From NCBI RefSeq assembly GCF_001194135.2, contig NC_068983.1, positions 122,154,277 through 122,197,881 of the forward strand: a stretch of DNA of 43,605 nt, given 5' to 3'. Source of the DNA: Octopus bimaculoides. Taxonomy: Eukaryota. The position numbers and the translations under genes were made by a program. This document shows positions 21,827-33,787 of this stretch, in pieces (position 1 is the stretch's first letter; each line of letters starts with the position of its first letter). The notes beneath the pieces are model-generated. The model did no database searches, was not told where the DNA came from, and saw only the letters and a list, made by a program, of their open reading frames with translations.

Positions 21827-22639
21827 TATCATCCGTGAACAAAAAAATAAATAAATAAAATAAACCAGCCTGCTGGGTGTTAACAAGTATGTAGAAAACG
21901 AATATAAAAAAAACAAGTTTACGCTAACGACCCTGGGGTGGGGAGAGGACTTTCGGAAAATTCAAAAGATCCCATTTTTCCGTCATAACTTTCGGTAAAA
22001 TGAATATATATTGATTTTTTTTTTTTTTTTTTTTTACGGAATCCCACGTTTTCTGTTATGGAAGATCCGGTTCTGAAAAATTTTTTTCAAAAATCGCATT
22101 TTCAAAATTTCAATTTCCCCTATAGAAAGTAACCTATTCTATATACTGTATATATTATTTTATATATATATTTTTATACCGGTCCTCCCGAGGGTATTAC
22201 TCCATATATTTCTAAACATTTATCTGTGAATGTTGATTCATATACTTATTAATACTTATACATGTAGGTGTATTCATATACCTCTTATGACAAACTACCC
22301 AACAAAAAATTACATTCCTTTCATTTCATCTCTATTCTAACCTGAATACTTTTTATTATAATTGCAATTAACTTTATAACTTTATACATTTATAATACTA
22401 CATATGTTCATTATTTTCCATTAATCTCTACCTCTATCCTCTCTGTTTCTCTCTATCATTGCAATTAACCTTAACCTTAATTTAGTGCCTAATTTATTTT
22501 TATTAATTCTACAAATCCTTCTTAGGATATTGCTACCCAATTAACTGAACCCCTTTTTGTAAGTGTCTATTCGTGTATTCATGAGTAATGATATTTAGAT
22601 TCATTTATACATATGGGTATTTTCATGTGCGTGTAAACT

Positions 22640-22975
<336 letters not shown>

Positions 22976-23002
22976 CATGTTCTTTTAGTTTATTTTATCT
23001 TA

Positions 23003-23180
23003 TCATCATCATCGTTTAACGTCCGCTTTCCATGCTAGCATGGGTTGGACGATTTGACTGAGGACTGGTGCAACCGGATGGCTACACCAGGCTCCAATCT
23101 AATTTGGCAGAGTTTCTACAGCTGGATGCCCTTCCTAACGCCAACCACTCAGAGAGTGTAGTGGGTGCTTTTACGTGTCA
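23003..23180 (-). mobile_element. Young RTE-type SINE tail
   Basis: Near-identical to the reverse complement of 38880-39060 and to 40085-40260. Confidence 0.85.
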
Positions 23181-23974
23181 TATTTATGTGTGTATGTATG
23201 TATATAGGTGTGTATCTATGTGTATGTATGTGAATATATGGGTAAATTATATCTGTGCTTGTTGGGTATAAACATATAGGTCTTCATATTTTAATATAAT
23301 AATATACTACACGTTTACTTCCCTTTAGCTATATTCTGTAATAGTGAAAATTTTTCATTCATATTTTTCATTTTTTCTTTTCTTGTTGAGACAATTATTT
23401 TTCAATTAGAAATCTATCTCAGATGAATTCATAACAGAATAACATATTCCTAATCACACATATTATTTATTACTACTCTTAGTATTTAAAGACTCTTAGA
23501 CAATTCATTCCTTGAATATGCTGACAGATTTAACGGATCCAAACAACGCTATTGTTTTCAAATATTAGCAGACCAATTAAGTTGTAGGATTGGCATTGGT
23601 CTTACCCTACTCATCATAGGGGTATTATGATGAGAATTTTTGTTAATAAATAACAGCACACTTAATTTATACCCAAATTATTTCTTCATTGATATAGTTA
23701 TGTATTGATTTCCCCAAACATGTTTACATGAAATAAATTTTGTTAATTTTGTTTATTAATTGTAATTAATAAATAGATCTAATTGATGTTTGTCAACTAA
23801 TTATCTTCTCCATTTTCTTCTTTGCCTTATAAATTCTGGGTAAACTTTTGTTTACCTCCACTCATACCTATTATTCAATTGTGCTATTGCCTTACAACAG
23901 TAAGCATTTGGATATAAATACATAGCTGTACATCCAGTAGTCTATTGGATATTTATTATCTGTTAGATGGTTGT

Positions 23975-24935
23975 TTAATCACTGGTGACAAAGGGCCTCT
24001 CGCTCAGAGTAAAAGGCAAACTGTATGACGCATGTGTACGAACAGCCATGCTACATGGCAGTGAAACATGGGCCGTGACTGCTGAGGGCATGCGTAAGCT
24101 CGCAAGGAATGAAGCCAGTATGCTCCGGTGGATGTGTAATGTCAGTGTGCATACTCAACAGAGTGTAAGTACTTTGAGAGAAAAGTTGAACCTAAGAAGC
24201 ATCAGTTGTGGTGTGCAAGAGAGACGATTGCGCTGGTATGGTCATGTGGCGAGAATGGATGAGGATAGCTGTGTGAAAAAGTGCCACACTCTAGCGGTTG
24301 AGAGAACCTGTGGAAGAGGTAGGCCCAGGAAGACCTGGGATGAAGTGGTGAAGCATGACCTTCAAACATTAGGCCTCGCCGAGGCAATGACTAGTGACTG
24401 AGACCTTTGGAAATATGCAGTGCTTGAGAAGACCCGGCAAGCCAAGTGAGACTATGATCCGAGGCCTCTGCCAGGGATGTAGCCAGCTCACTTATGCATG
24501 CCTTTCCTTCATTGGACACGAAACTCTGCTTGTGAAGACCTGTTGAAGCAAATGAAATCGAAATCGAAATTTAACCAAATTCGATGACAGGCACCCATGC
24601 CCACCTTCCTTCATTGGACACTAAACTCAGCTTGCGAAGACCTGTTGGGGCAAGTGAGATCGAAACTGAGCGAAATTCAATGACTGGCACCTGTGCCAGT
24701 GGAGTGCTAGCAGCACCATCCGAGCAGGATCACTGCCAGAGCAGTGGTCTCACTTCCATGCCGGTGGCATGTAAAAAGCACCATTTGAGCACAATCGTTA
24801 CCAGCTTCGCCTTACTAGCACTTGTGCTGGTGGCATGTGAACAAAACATTGAACTGACTCCTGTGTAGGTGGCACATGAAAAACACCATTTGAGTGTGGC
24901 TGTTGCCAGTACCGCTGGACTGGCCCTTGTGATGA
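23975..24935 (+). mobile_element. 5'-truncated RTE LINE (ORF C-terminus, 3' UTR, (GAT)n tail)
   Basis: KGKLYDACVRTAMLHGSETW...RRLRWYGHVARM...GRGRPRKTWDEVV; internally repeated 3' UTR ends GATGATGAT. Confidence 0.92.
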
Positions 24936-25679
24936 TGATATATATATACATACAAGTATACCTTGGCTTAAGTCATTTCAGTTTAAGTCATTCTCAATTA
25001 TACGTCGGTTTTCAAAAATAACATATGGGAAAATAAAAATCAAGTGAAGTTATTTTACTCAAATTTACGTCTGTCCACCACAAGTATTGGAATCGTAAAA
25101 TCACTAGAAAACCGTTAAAAGCACATAAAATCATGTTACTGTAGAATGAATAAGAGAAAAAGGAATATAAAATCATATTAAAATATGTACAGTACATGTT
25201 AAGATACACATCAATAAAGTAGTGCAGCTTAGTGAATGAAATCATGAAATCGCCAAATTGTATGTATGTATTGGTAAATATAAAATAATTTTGTTTTGTT
25301 ACTATTGCGGAATAATAATAATTACTGAATTTGTTTTTTGAGCTTAAAAAAGGCTTTTATTTTACCATGTCTTATTGCAAAACGCATTCATAAATAAAGT
25401 GTCCACGATGTACAGTAAACACCGTCAAATTGTATTCGTAAATTTAGATTACCTTTTTTTTTTACTGTACTGTATTAAAAAATAAAAATTATTTGTCTGT
25501 AAGCTTAAAATAGGTTTTTATTAAACATGTATTATTGAAAATGCATTCATAAATAAAGTACAGAACTGGGAATGGTTATTGGTTTAGCCTAGAGACAATT
25601 AAATTTGGCCTAACCTAGCAATAAATTAATTTGACGTAAGTTGTGTCTCCTTGAACCAATTAATGATGTAGGGTGAGGT

Positions 25680-25900
25680 ATGCCTGTATATATATATATA
25701 AATATATATATTTACATACACATATACATATATATATGCACATATGTATTCATATATATACAAATATGTATATATATACATATACTTCTACATATGCACA
25801 CACACACATATACATATGAATCTCTATACACACATACATATATACATATGCATCTGTATATACACACACACATATATATAATATACATATGCATATATAA
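25680..25900. repeat. TA/CA-rich microsatellite
   Basis: Direct reading. Confidence 0.9.
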
Positions 25901-25909
25901 ATAAATATC

Positions 25910-26710
25910 AGAAACTCACCGCAAGGCAAGTGAACAGCAGGAGACATCTTCAGAGGAAGAACATCCCTCCAAGTTCTTCAGACCTCATTCCTGACACTCT
26001 ATGGGAACTGGGCCCACCCAGGTCATAACTCCTGCTGCTTTCCAAAACCTGTCTCTAACAAGATTTGAACCTAAGTCATTCTTTTTGTGATTTTGTGTTC
26101 CCAGGTTTGTATTTCAGACCACTAGGCCATGCTGACCACAAGAAGAAACCAGATCTCTTCTTTATATTTCCTATAAATAACCAAGGTAATCTATAACTTG
26201 GCCCAGCTCTTTTCAGCAACATCAGAGAAACATTTGATTGCGGCAGTTCTTCTGTGGCCTTTGATACCCAATCGTCCGAGTAGCCAGCAGGTTGAAGCAA
26301 CCACAATTCCTTGTGATCCAACTTCAACTGATTTCACAGCTCACCATATTTGCTCATCTTAAAGACGTGCTGCTCTTTGATGTAGCTCCTGTATGGTACT
26401 AGCAATTCAATGAGAATCACTTTGGTACCCCGTTCAAACCATAAGATGATGTTTGGTCACAAACCATTCTTGGTGATGAACTCTGGGTACTTCTTGTGCT
26501 ACTCACTGACATCTGCAGCTACTTCCCAATAATCTTTGAGTCCATGGAGGTTCTCTCCTGCCACAAATTCACATTCAATTATCTTCTTTGCTCCAGCCCA
26601 TTCCTTTCCCTTTTTGGTTATAAAGGCCACTTTTGATTTAGTTGTGTCCCAGATTGAAGTGGTCAATTCTTCCATATGTATCTGCCACCAGCAACAACAG
26701 TCTTGCAGGA
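25910..26710 (-). mobile_element. Decayed 3' end of a non-LTR retrotransposon with restriction-like endonuclease (HERO/NeSL-like, R2 group)
   Basis: SCKTVVAGGRYIWKN...DYWEVAADV...GL*PNIILW..KVILIELLVPY..KMSKY, then VEVGSQG..LLGRLGIKG..AIKCFSDVAEKSW: the RPD-x-IELxVP-x-KxxKY-VEVG pattern. Confidence 0.8.
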
Positions 26711-26759
26711 TATATATATATATACATATGCATCTATATACAGACATGACAGAAGTAAA

Positions 26760-26930
26760 AAGACACCCCATAAAACATCATTTTATGTTTATTCTAACTT
26801 GTAATGGCTTATATTTTTTATTAACTGACATTTTTATGTTTCAGATTCTATATGTGACTGTTTCATCATGCCATTTACAAAAGAAGCCTTGGAACTGTCT
26901 GAATTTCAAGGAGGGTGTAGCGGCAGGTAA
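26760..26930 (+). mobile_element. 5' fragment of the Tc1-like family at 34830-36085
   Basis: MPFTKEALELSEFQGGC versus MPHTKEARELSEFQRGC; upstream non-coding DNA is also homologous. Confidence 0.8.
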
Positions 26931-27447
26931 ATAGTTGAATGATCTCCCTTGCATGAAAGATCAAAGAGTAACCCCCCTTTTCTGAGTTTCTTGAAGCATC
27001 ATCATCACAAAATGTAATTCTTAATTATTCAAGCTTGGCATTTCTCTTGGAAGTTTCTAGAATGTCTAGCATACCCTTAATAAAAACAGCTTGTTAACCA
27101 AGCTTTTCACTTCTTAGTCGATTAGACTTGGAGCCATTCATGTCATTGCTATGTATGTCTATTTCTCTATGCCCTATAGCCGATACTGACTGAAAGTCAC
27201 CACTGCTCTGTTCTACATTTCCTATCTCTGAACTCTCTTGCATAAAATTACTTCAACTAACTAGCTTCTATAATTTGATTTCATGTATTATCATCGAAAG
27301 AAGAATAAAAAATATTTTTATGCAGTAAATGTATAGATCTTGTATTTATTCTTTCATCTCTGTATGAACTTTTGTGATAACATACATGCAGCCACATCAA
27401 CATAACTGATATGGACCCTGAATTCTACCCTTTGGTTACACCCAATG

Positions 27448-27560
27448 AGTGGCTGTGTGGTAAGTAGCTTGCTGACCAGCCACATGGTTCTGGGTTCAAT
27501 CCCACTGCGTGGCACCTTGGGCAAGTGTTTTCTACTATAGCCTCGGGCCGACCAAAGCCT
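27448..27560 (+). mobile_element. tRNA-derived SINE head
   Basis: TGGCTGTGTGGTAAG..GGTTCAATCCCACTGCGTGGCACCTTGGGCAAGTG. Confidence 0.8.
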
Positions 27561-28541
27561 ATTTGATATATTTAATTTGATGTATCTAATTTGTTTATCC
27601 GCATGATTGCCTCTATACCCACTCAATTTGATCCCTCTTATAGCCTTCCTTTAACTTGTGGAATGAACCCCTGTAAAGACATTGGAATCTAAGTTTGAAT
27701 CGTTTGAGCAACATTATGTCTTCTATACAGAGAATCTCTGGATCTCCTCTGTGAACTACATATACACACATATATATGTATATAGATACATATATATATT
27801 CAAGCACGTATGTAAATATATCAATTCATGCATATACACATACACTATTCAAACTATTTCGCTTCTTCTGTTTTATTTTACCAATTTTTTAAAAATTGTA
27901 ATTTTATTTTTATGGAATTGTATTTGTGTGCAAATATTGTAGTTAATATAGCATTTTATTTATCAGAAAAATTATTTGAAGTTTTCTAATCTATCTTTAA
28001 CTATAAAATATTACAATTTTATTATTATTCACTATTACTGAGCATAAAATATATGTAATTTAAGGTGTAAGTACCATCCTACTGCCTGAGGTATTAGTCA
28101 TTCATATTTTGTCATAGTTGAAGAGGATCTCAGTTCTGCAAAAACAGTGTTTCATTTTTTATGCTTTTGTCAAGAGTGAACAGCTGCACCCATGACCTTC
28201 ACAGGATTGCTGAAACTGGTAAAGATTGACCTAATTGATATCCAGTTTAAATAACTACAGGACAAACACAGGCAGTGGTTTAACACTGAAAAAAAGAACT
28301 GGAAAAAGTGATTAGTGTAGGGCACTAAGCTACTGGTTGACGTGCTATTGGTATGCAACTTTATGCCAGTCAGTCAAGTGGATTTTTTGGATGCAGTGTA
28401 GGATGTTGATATAACAACAGTAACAATCATCCCAGAAGCAAATGCAGTATTAACCATATTTGAAGTTGTCATACTGATAATCAAATTCATCCATTTGTAG
28501 GTAATATCCTATAAATTCTCCAGAACTAGACATTTGAAGAT

Positions 28542-29240
28542 GCAAATTTCTATCTTGCTGTAGCAGAAGCACAACCAGCTTGGGCTAATTGTCATTGCAA
28601 AATTCAGACATTTGCTAAGAATGTTGTAAAAATTGTACTGTTGCTTCTAAACTGAGTTTGTTAACTTCATTAACTTGAAGAACTTTCTTTCTTTCCTCAC
28701 TGCTTCTTAGACTGACAACCAACTGAGACAATATGAGTTTTTCACTCACTGACATTTTCAGACTTTCAAAATTGCAATATTCACTGGTGTGTCTCAGATT
28801 TGAAATAAATTAAGAAACTGACTCATTGGGTTTTTGAAAAGTGGAGAAGAATTTTGCTCTTTTGGCTAATATCAGTTTCTTTGAAGGAACAAAATGATTT
28901 AGAATCAAATTTTTTAGGTCATTGTAAGTCATTTTCATAATATTCTTCAGGATAATTTTTAATGCTTCAAAGAAATGAATTTCATAGCCATGGGATTTTG
29001 GTCATTATCTTGTAGGTTATCCTTTAATTCATCCACGTAAGCTTTTGCTTGGAATGCGATGAGCCAGGTTGAGACATTTTCAATCAACTGTTACCAAGAA
29101 ATTTACCTTACTCTATCAGCAACGCCATTGTCAAGTTATGTTATTTGCTTATTTCATAAGCACGGATATAGGAACAAGGATCAAATAGCTGTAAACTGCG
29201 AATTTCTATCTCACCGTAGCGGAAGCACAACCAACAGCAG
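28542..29240 (-). mobile_element. Decayed Ty3/Gypsy (Mag-like) remnant: LTR end, PBS-like motif, gag fragment
   Basis: Minus strand ..TTGACA a TGGCGTTGCTG (29117-29133); gag-like WLIAFQAK..TYNDLKNLILNHFVPSKKLILAKRAKFF..QKPNESVS*FISNLRH..YCNF..SQLVVSL (28615-29090). Confidence 0.72.
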
Positions 29241-30103
29241 AACATATTAGAAGGATTAACAACATTAACTGTAATCCTGTAGCGATGGAATCAACTGTGT
29301 GTGTCCATTTATTTTAATTGCAATATATAGAAAAAAATGGACAAGTTCACATAAAACTCATGCATACCATGTAATTGGCAATTCTTAATTATTTAAACAA
29401 ATGTACAGTATTTGGTTGTATATTGATTAGGAGTTCAATACACAACATAACTGAAGACTAAAACCCCCGAACATCAAAACATAGTTAAAAGTCATTAAGA
29501 TTTAGATTGCAGTATTATATTGTTAATGAAAAATTAAGTAGTACCTCTGTGTCTTTTTTTCCTACTGGGTAATTGTTACCGTCATTCATAAATGTAAGAG
29601 ATATGTTATTGATGTCAATATCCTGGAAATAACTTATAAATTGCTTTGGGGGTAGAGAAAGGATACACTTGCAAAGCCCTCTTTATGACATTTACTGTAA
29701 CACTCTAGAAACGTTTCACTTCCTGTTTCCACTGATTCTTCACCATTAGTGAAACTGGATAACTTTCCAGAGACAATCAATAAACACATTTCAAGTAGTA
29801 AAATAGGACTGTCTCTAACAATAAAAACATATAGTGTATGCTATAATACTTTTAGTGTTATATTTTGTAAAATAAAAAAAACAAGAATCAAAAGCATCAA
29901 ATTGTTTTTAATTGTTCTAATACTGTAAAACAATACTTGTATTTGTTGTAAATTAATTCTAAGATGAAGTTTTAGTATATTCCAGCGTCTTCACCAATAA
30001 CATTATCACTGTTGCTTGTAGATTAGATTAATGATTAGTTACATAATCCAGAAGCTGATCTAGCACCACTGTATTTCACAAAAATAACCTACTGTTCAAT
30101 ACA

Positions 30104-30243
30104 TCAATGCTGTTTCTTTCCTTTTTTTGTGAGAACAATGTTTTCTTCCACAATGTCTTTAGAGTTCAAATATTGTAGGAGATTATCAATAATCTCAAGT
30201 GAAGTCAAATTGTTAGTCTTGTAAAGTGTAATAGTATCATCAT
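30104..30243 (-). CDS. MRPL53: Mitochondrial ribosomal protein L53, exon 3
   Basis: ttttttccag|AT GAT GAT ACT...CAG CAT TGA = (N)DDTITLYKTNNLTSLEIIDNLLQYLNSK...KKQH* (human GDGHRLIMRGAHLTALEML). Confidence 0.85.
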
Positions 30244-31044
30244 CTGGAAAAAAATACACCAAAAATATAGAGGAAAAGGAAGAAAAATGTTGATATTTTT
30301 TCATGCCATCCTAAATTGAAAAATTGAGATTAAATCAATTTTGTTGCGGGTAATAATGACTAGGTGATGATGAATAATCAGTGATTCTGGTTACATCAAG
30401 ATTGAAGGTGAATAATTCAGGATAGCAATGAGTTATTCACTAGAGTTTTGTTTTCAGTCTTCTATTCATTCTGGTCATTGAGACAACCATAAGTATTCTA
30501 GACCGGAAATTTTCAACTAATGACCTTTTTCCCCAATAAAGAATCTGTTGAAGAACTGTAAAAATAGCTTGAAACTTTGAAAAATGAGTTTGAGTCAAAA
30601 TGCCTTCAAATTAACACAACAGACATGAAATAATTATCTTGTAGCAAGAGGCATAGGAAACTCAGTAGCTTGAAATCTAAAAATGTCAAATAGTAGGAAT
30701 AGAGATGGTAGAAATCTAAGCAACTGATATACAAGTTAGAACTTTAGACACACTAGTATCTATATGTCAGTCACAGCAACTATAAAATAAAAGCAATGGA
30801 ATACACTGATACATTGGTACAAATGTAGATGGAGATACAGGATAGGTGCAAGGAAATATAGCTCCCAATGCATATGCCTGTTGGATGTAATCAATTTTCA
30901 AATAAGTAGGATTGACAGATTAAGTTAGTAATAAAAACTTCAACAGATTTTCATGTAAGTACTTCCATAACTTTTGAAGCTTTCAAGTTTCACTCAGGGT
31001 GTGTGCATGTATATTGTATCACCCTCTATCTCTATCTCTCTCTC

Positions 31045-31079
<35 letters not shown>

Positions 31080-31091
31080 CTTCCAACTTAC

Positions 31092-31204
31092 TGAAGTTTA
31101 TTTCCATGACTGGATCACACAGATTAGATTTCACATCAACCTTCATGGTCACCTTGGGATTTGTACCAAGAATTTTTCTACTGTTCAAGTGAAACAAACA
31201 TTCC
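31092..31204 (-). CDS. MRPL53: MRPL53 exon 2
   Basis: ctattccag|G GAA TGT...AAC TTC A|gtaagt = (R)ECLFHLNSRKILGTNPKVTMKVDVKSNLCDPVMEINF (human [38 protein letters not shown]). Confidence 0.9.
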
Positions 31205-31486
31205 CTGGAATAGAAAAAGAATACCATGATAAAATAATGAACTTACTAGTTCTTCAGTGTAAAGTTATATTTGTGTATAAAGAAACAGAAAATTTCTATT
31301 TTTAAAATGCTGCTTCATCAAATGCATGTTTTCTCGTCTAAGGTTATCTAAACCAGGTATGCAAGAACTGTTGAAATAATTTTTTAGTGATAACCAAAGT
31401 AATGTGTCCTATGGATAAGCAAACTAAACTGCCTATCAAAACTGGATATTAATAATTAAATACAAAAAATAATGCTCAATTCATTA

Positions 31487-31850
31487 TACAAAGGTGAAGT
31501 TAAGTCTGCATTATTTCTTTCCAGGTAAACTGACATCTGGCTGTTCAAAGAAAACTTCTAAAGTAACAAGTAGTGACTTCTCTTGAAAATGAACAAAATT
31601 TAGCATCATGGTGCTATCAATACCTGCAGAATAAGGGCTTAGCCCCTAAGGATATTCATGCTGATATGGTTGCTACATTAGGGGATGATACTCCAGATTT
31701 ACCAACAGTGCAAATGTGAGCAGCTGAATTTAGGAGGGGTACTGAAAATCTTGAAGATGACCCAACTACCATCACTGAGGAAAACTGATTGTGTTCACCA
31801 CATGGTGATGGATAACAGGCAATTGATTATATATCAAATAGCAATTAATA
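31487..31850 (+). mobile_element. mariner 5' fragment (transposase N-terminus)
   Basis: YLQNKGLAPKDIHADMVATLGDD..AAEFRRGTENLEDDP..HHMVMDNRQL. Confidence 0.8.
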
Positions 31851-31877
31851 AAACTATTAATACCATTATTATTATTA

Positions 31878-33175
31878 CACTGGTCAACAAGTATTTTTCA
31901 TCAAGTGTATGTCAAGGTGTACTTAGTGTAGTTTTCAATGCTGATTTCAAATATACAATTAGTTTTTTGACATCATGTACAGTTTTCAAGATGAGAAAGT
32001 TATTTGGTTTTAGCTCTTGCATTATATAAAAATTCCAATTAATGATGTGTATGCATGTATTTCAGTTACAACATGGAAATATACCTTTAAAATAAACTAC
32101 TTATCCATTGCTGCATAGTTCAGATGCAATATTTCATCATCTTAAATTAACCAATCAAGTTTTGTCTGATGAAATAGGTATTTCAACACCTGAAATTGTC
32201 CAGTCAGAATTGGTCTGATGAAATATTTCATCATCTCAAATTCAATATAAGTATAACCATTTGTATCTATTTTCTTACTTGTTTTATAGTGTTAATGATG
32301 TCAAGACAGTGTAGAAATCGTCCTGATGTGTTTTGTTATGTCTGTGGACAATCTATTGTGAAAGCTCAAAAACATACAATAACACCAGAGATCAAGAAGA
32401 TTTATAAGCTATACTCTGACTGTCCTCTTGGAGATCAGGACAAGTTATGGGTACCGCATTTTATCTGCTCAGCTGGCTCAAATGATTATGTGACTGGTTC
32501 AATAAGAAGTCCATACCTTTTGCCATTCCAATGATATGGAGGGAGCCGAAAGGCCATTTTAATGACTGTTATTTTTGCTAAAGTAAATGTCACAGGATTT
32601 TCTATGAAGAATAAACACAAAATTGTAATTCCAATTTGGATTCTGCAATGAGACTGTGCCTCACAATGAAAGTCTGCCATTTCCAGTTCCACCAGATGAT
32701 GGTATTGAAACATCAGATGATGATGCAGACTGTCACTGAGGAAGATTATGTGGCTGATGACGATAGCTTTGAACCTCAGAAATTTTCCCAAGCTGAACTG
32801 AATGACCTTGTCAGAGACATATCTCTTACAAAAGATAAAGCAGAACTGTTGGCACCAAGACTGAAGAAGTATCTACTAGAGCACGGTGTTAGTATAACTT
32901 ATTTTCAGCAGTAACATCGATGGACTTTTCGAATGTTTATCACAAAACCATGATCCTGCAGAGCGGCATTTGTTTATTGACTCTTCAAAACAAAGTTTAA
33001 AAGCTGTACCTCTACATAATGGTAATTTGAAGCTCTCCGGTCATCTTCATGCTATTGCCCATGAAAGATACTCATGGAAAATATGTGGAGATTTAAAAGT
33101 CATAGATTACATTAAGGGGAATGCAGTTAGGTTTCACAAAATACTGTTGTGTTTATGGGATAATCGGGCAACTGA
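31878..33175 (+). mobile_element. Chapaev3-like (CMC group) DNA transposon, 5' two-thirds, decayed
   Basis: Terminus CACTGGTCAACAAG; frameshifted transposase PDVFCYVCG..GDQDKLWVPH..PMIWREPKGHFNDCYFC..QAELNDLVRD..FIDSSKQSLKAV.LHNGN..CGDLKV..LWDNRA. Family name is from remembered motifs. Confidence 0.75.
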
Positions 33176-33199
33176 CAGACAAGAACATCACAAGAACGT

Positions 33200-33300
33200 C
33201 AGCGCGCATTTTTTTTTTTTTTCATATTCGTTTTCCACATACTTGTTAACACCCCACAGGCTGGTTAATTTTTTTTTTTTTTTTGTTCCCGGGTGAGGAT
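33200..33300. repeat. Segment homologous (inverted) to 21830-21920
   Basis: TATTCGTTTTCCACATACTTGTTAACACCCCACAGGCTGGTT versus AACCAGCCTGCTGGGTGTTAACAAGTATGTAGAAAACGAATA. Confidence 0.8.
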
Positions 33301-33506
33301 CTTTATATTGACCGAAATTTGTCGGTGCAGATACAACTTCATGTTAATTATAGATTTCTGTTTTTCCCCTCTTTGGGGTGTGGGGGTTGATGAACGTAAT
33401 ATGAAGGATCGCTTCGAATATAAAACTGGTGCGACTGTCTTCCTCAGATAAACAAAAAAAATCAACATTTTGAGTTTCGAAAAATAATTTATTATTATTA
33501 TTATTA

Positions 33507-33558
33507 CACTGGTCAACAAGTATTTTTCATCAAGTGTATGTTAAGGTGTACTTAGTGT
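33507..33558 (+). repeat. Second direct copy of the Chapaev-like 5' terminus
   Basis: (ATT)nA-CACTGGTCAACAAGTATTTTTCATCAAGTGTATGT.AAGGTGTACTTAGTGT; one mismatch to 31878-31929. Confidence 0.9.
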
Positions 33559-33662
33559 TTTTCTTTCTCACTTTTTATGTGAAGAATATATAACGAACAC
33601 ATAGAAAACACCAACATTATTTTAGTTATAATTTCAGTTAAGGCTGCAAAAGCTATACATAC

Positions 33663-33787
33663 CTCAGCGAAGTGGAATCGCCGACGAATGGATTAAAAGT
33701 GAATGCAATCCTTTTCACGGGACGTAGGTTTATTTTAGATAACCGTTTTATTACTTCTTTCGTGACGTGAACTGGTGTAACGGCCAT
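33663..33787 (-). CDS. MRPL53: MRPL53 exon 1, coding part
   Basis: aaac ATG GCC...CTG AG|gtatgt = MAVTPVHVTKEVIKRLSKINLRPVKRIAFTFNPFVGDSTSL(R) (human [24 protein letters not shown]); phases join to 125 aa. Confidence 0.93.

Noticed and set aside
23068-23271. Recurrent peptide MQPDGYTRLQSNLAEFLQLDALPNANH (also 38263-38997, 40151-40300, 19265-19528)
   Set aside because: Antisense reading of the non-coding SINE/RTE tail, not a gene family.
30600-30685. Alternative last exon in MRPL53 intron 2 (ttttag|ATTTCAAGC)
   Set aside because: The in-phase reading gives an unremarkable hydrophobic tail with no similarity to MRPL53; no other support.
31878-33175. Functional or domesticated transposase
   Set aside because: Multiple frameshifts, internal deletions and a missing C-terminus. 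The same applies to the other mariner and Tc1 remnants, except the open 1052-1507 frame listed under findings.
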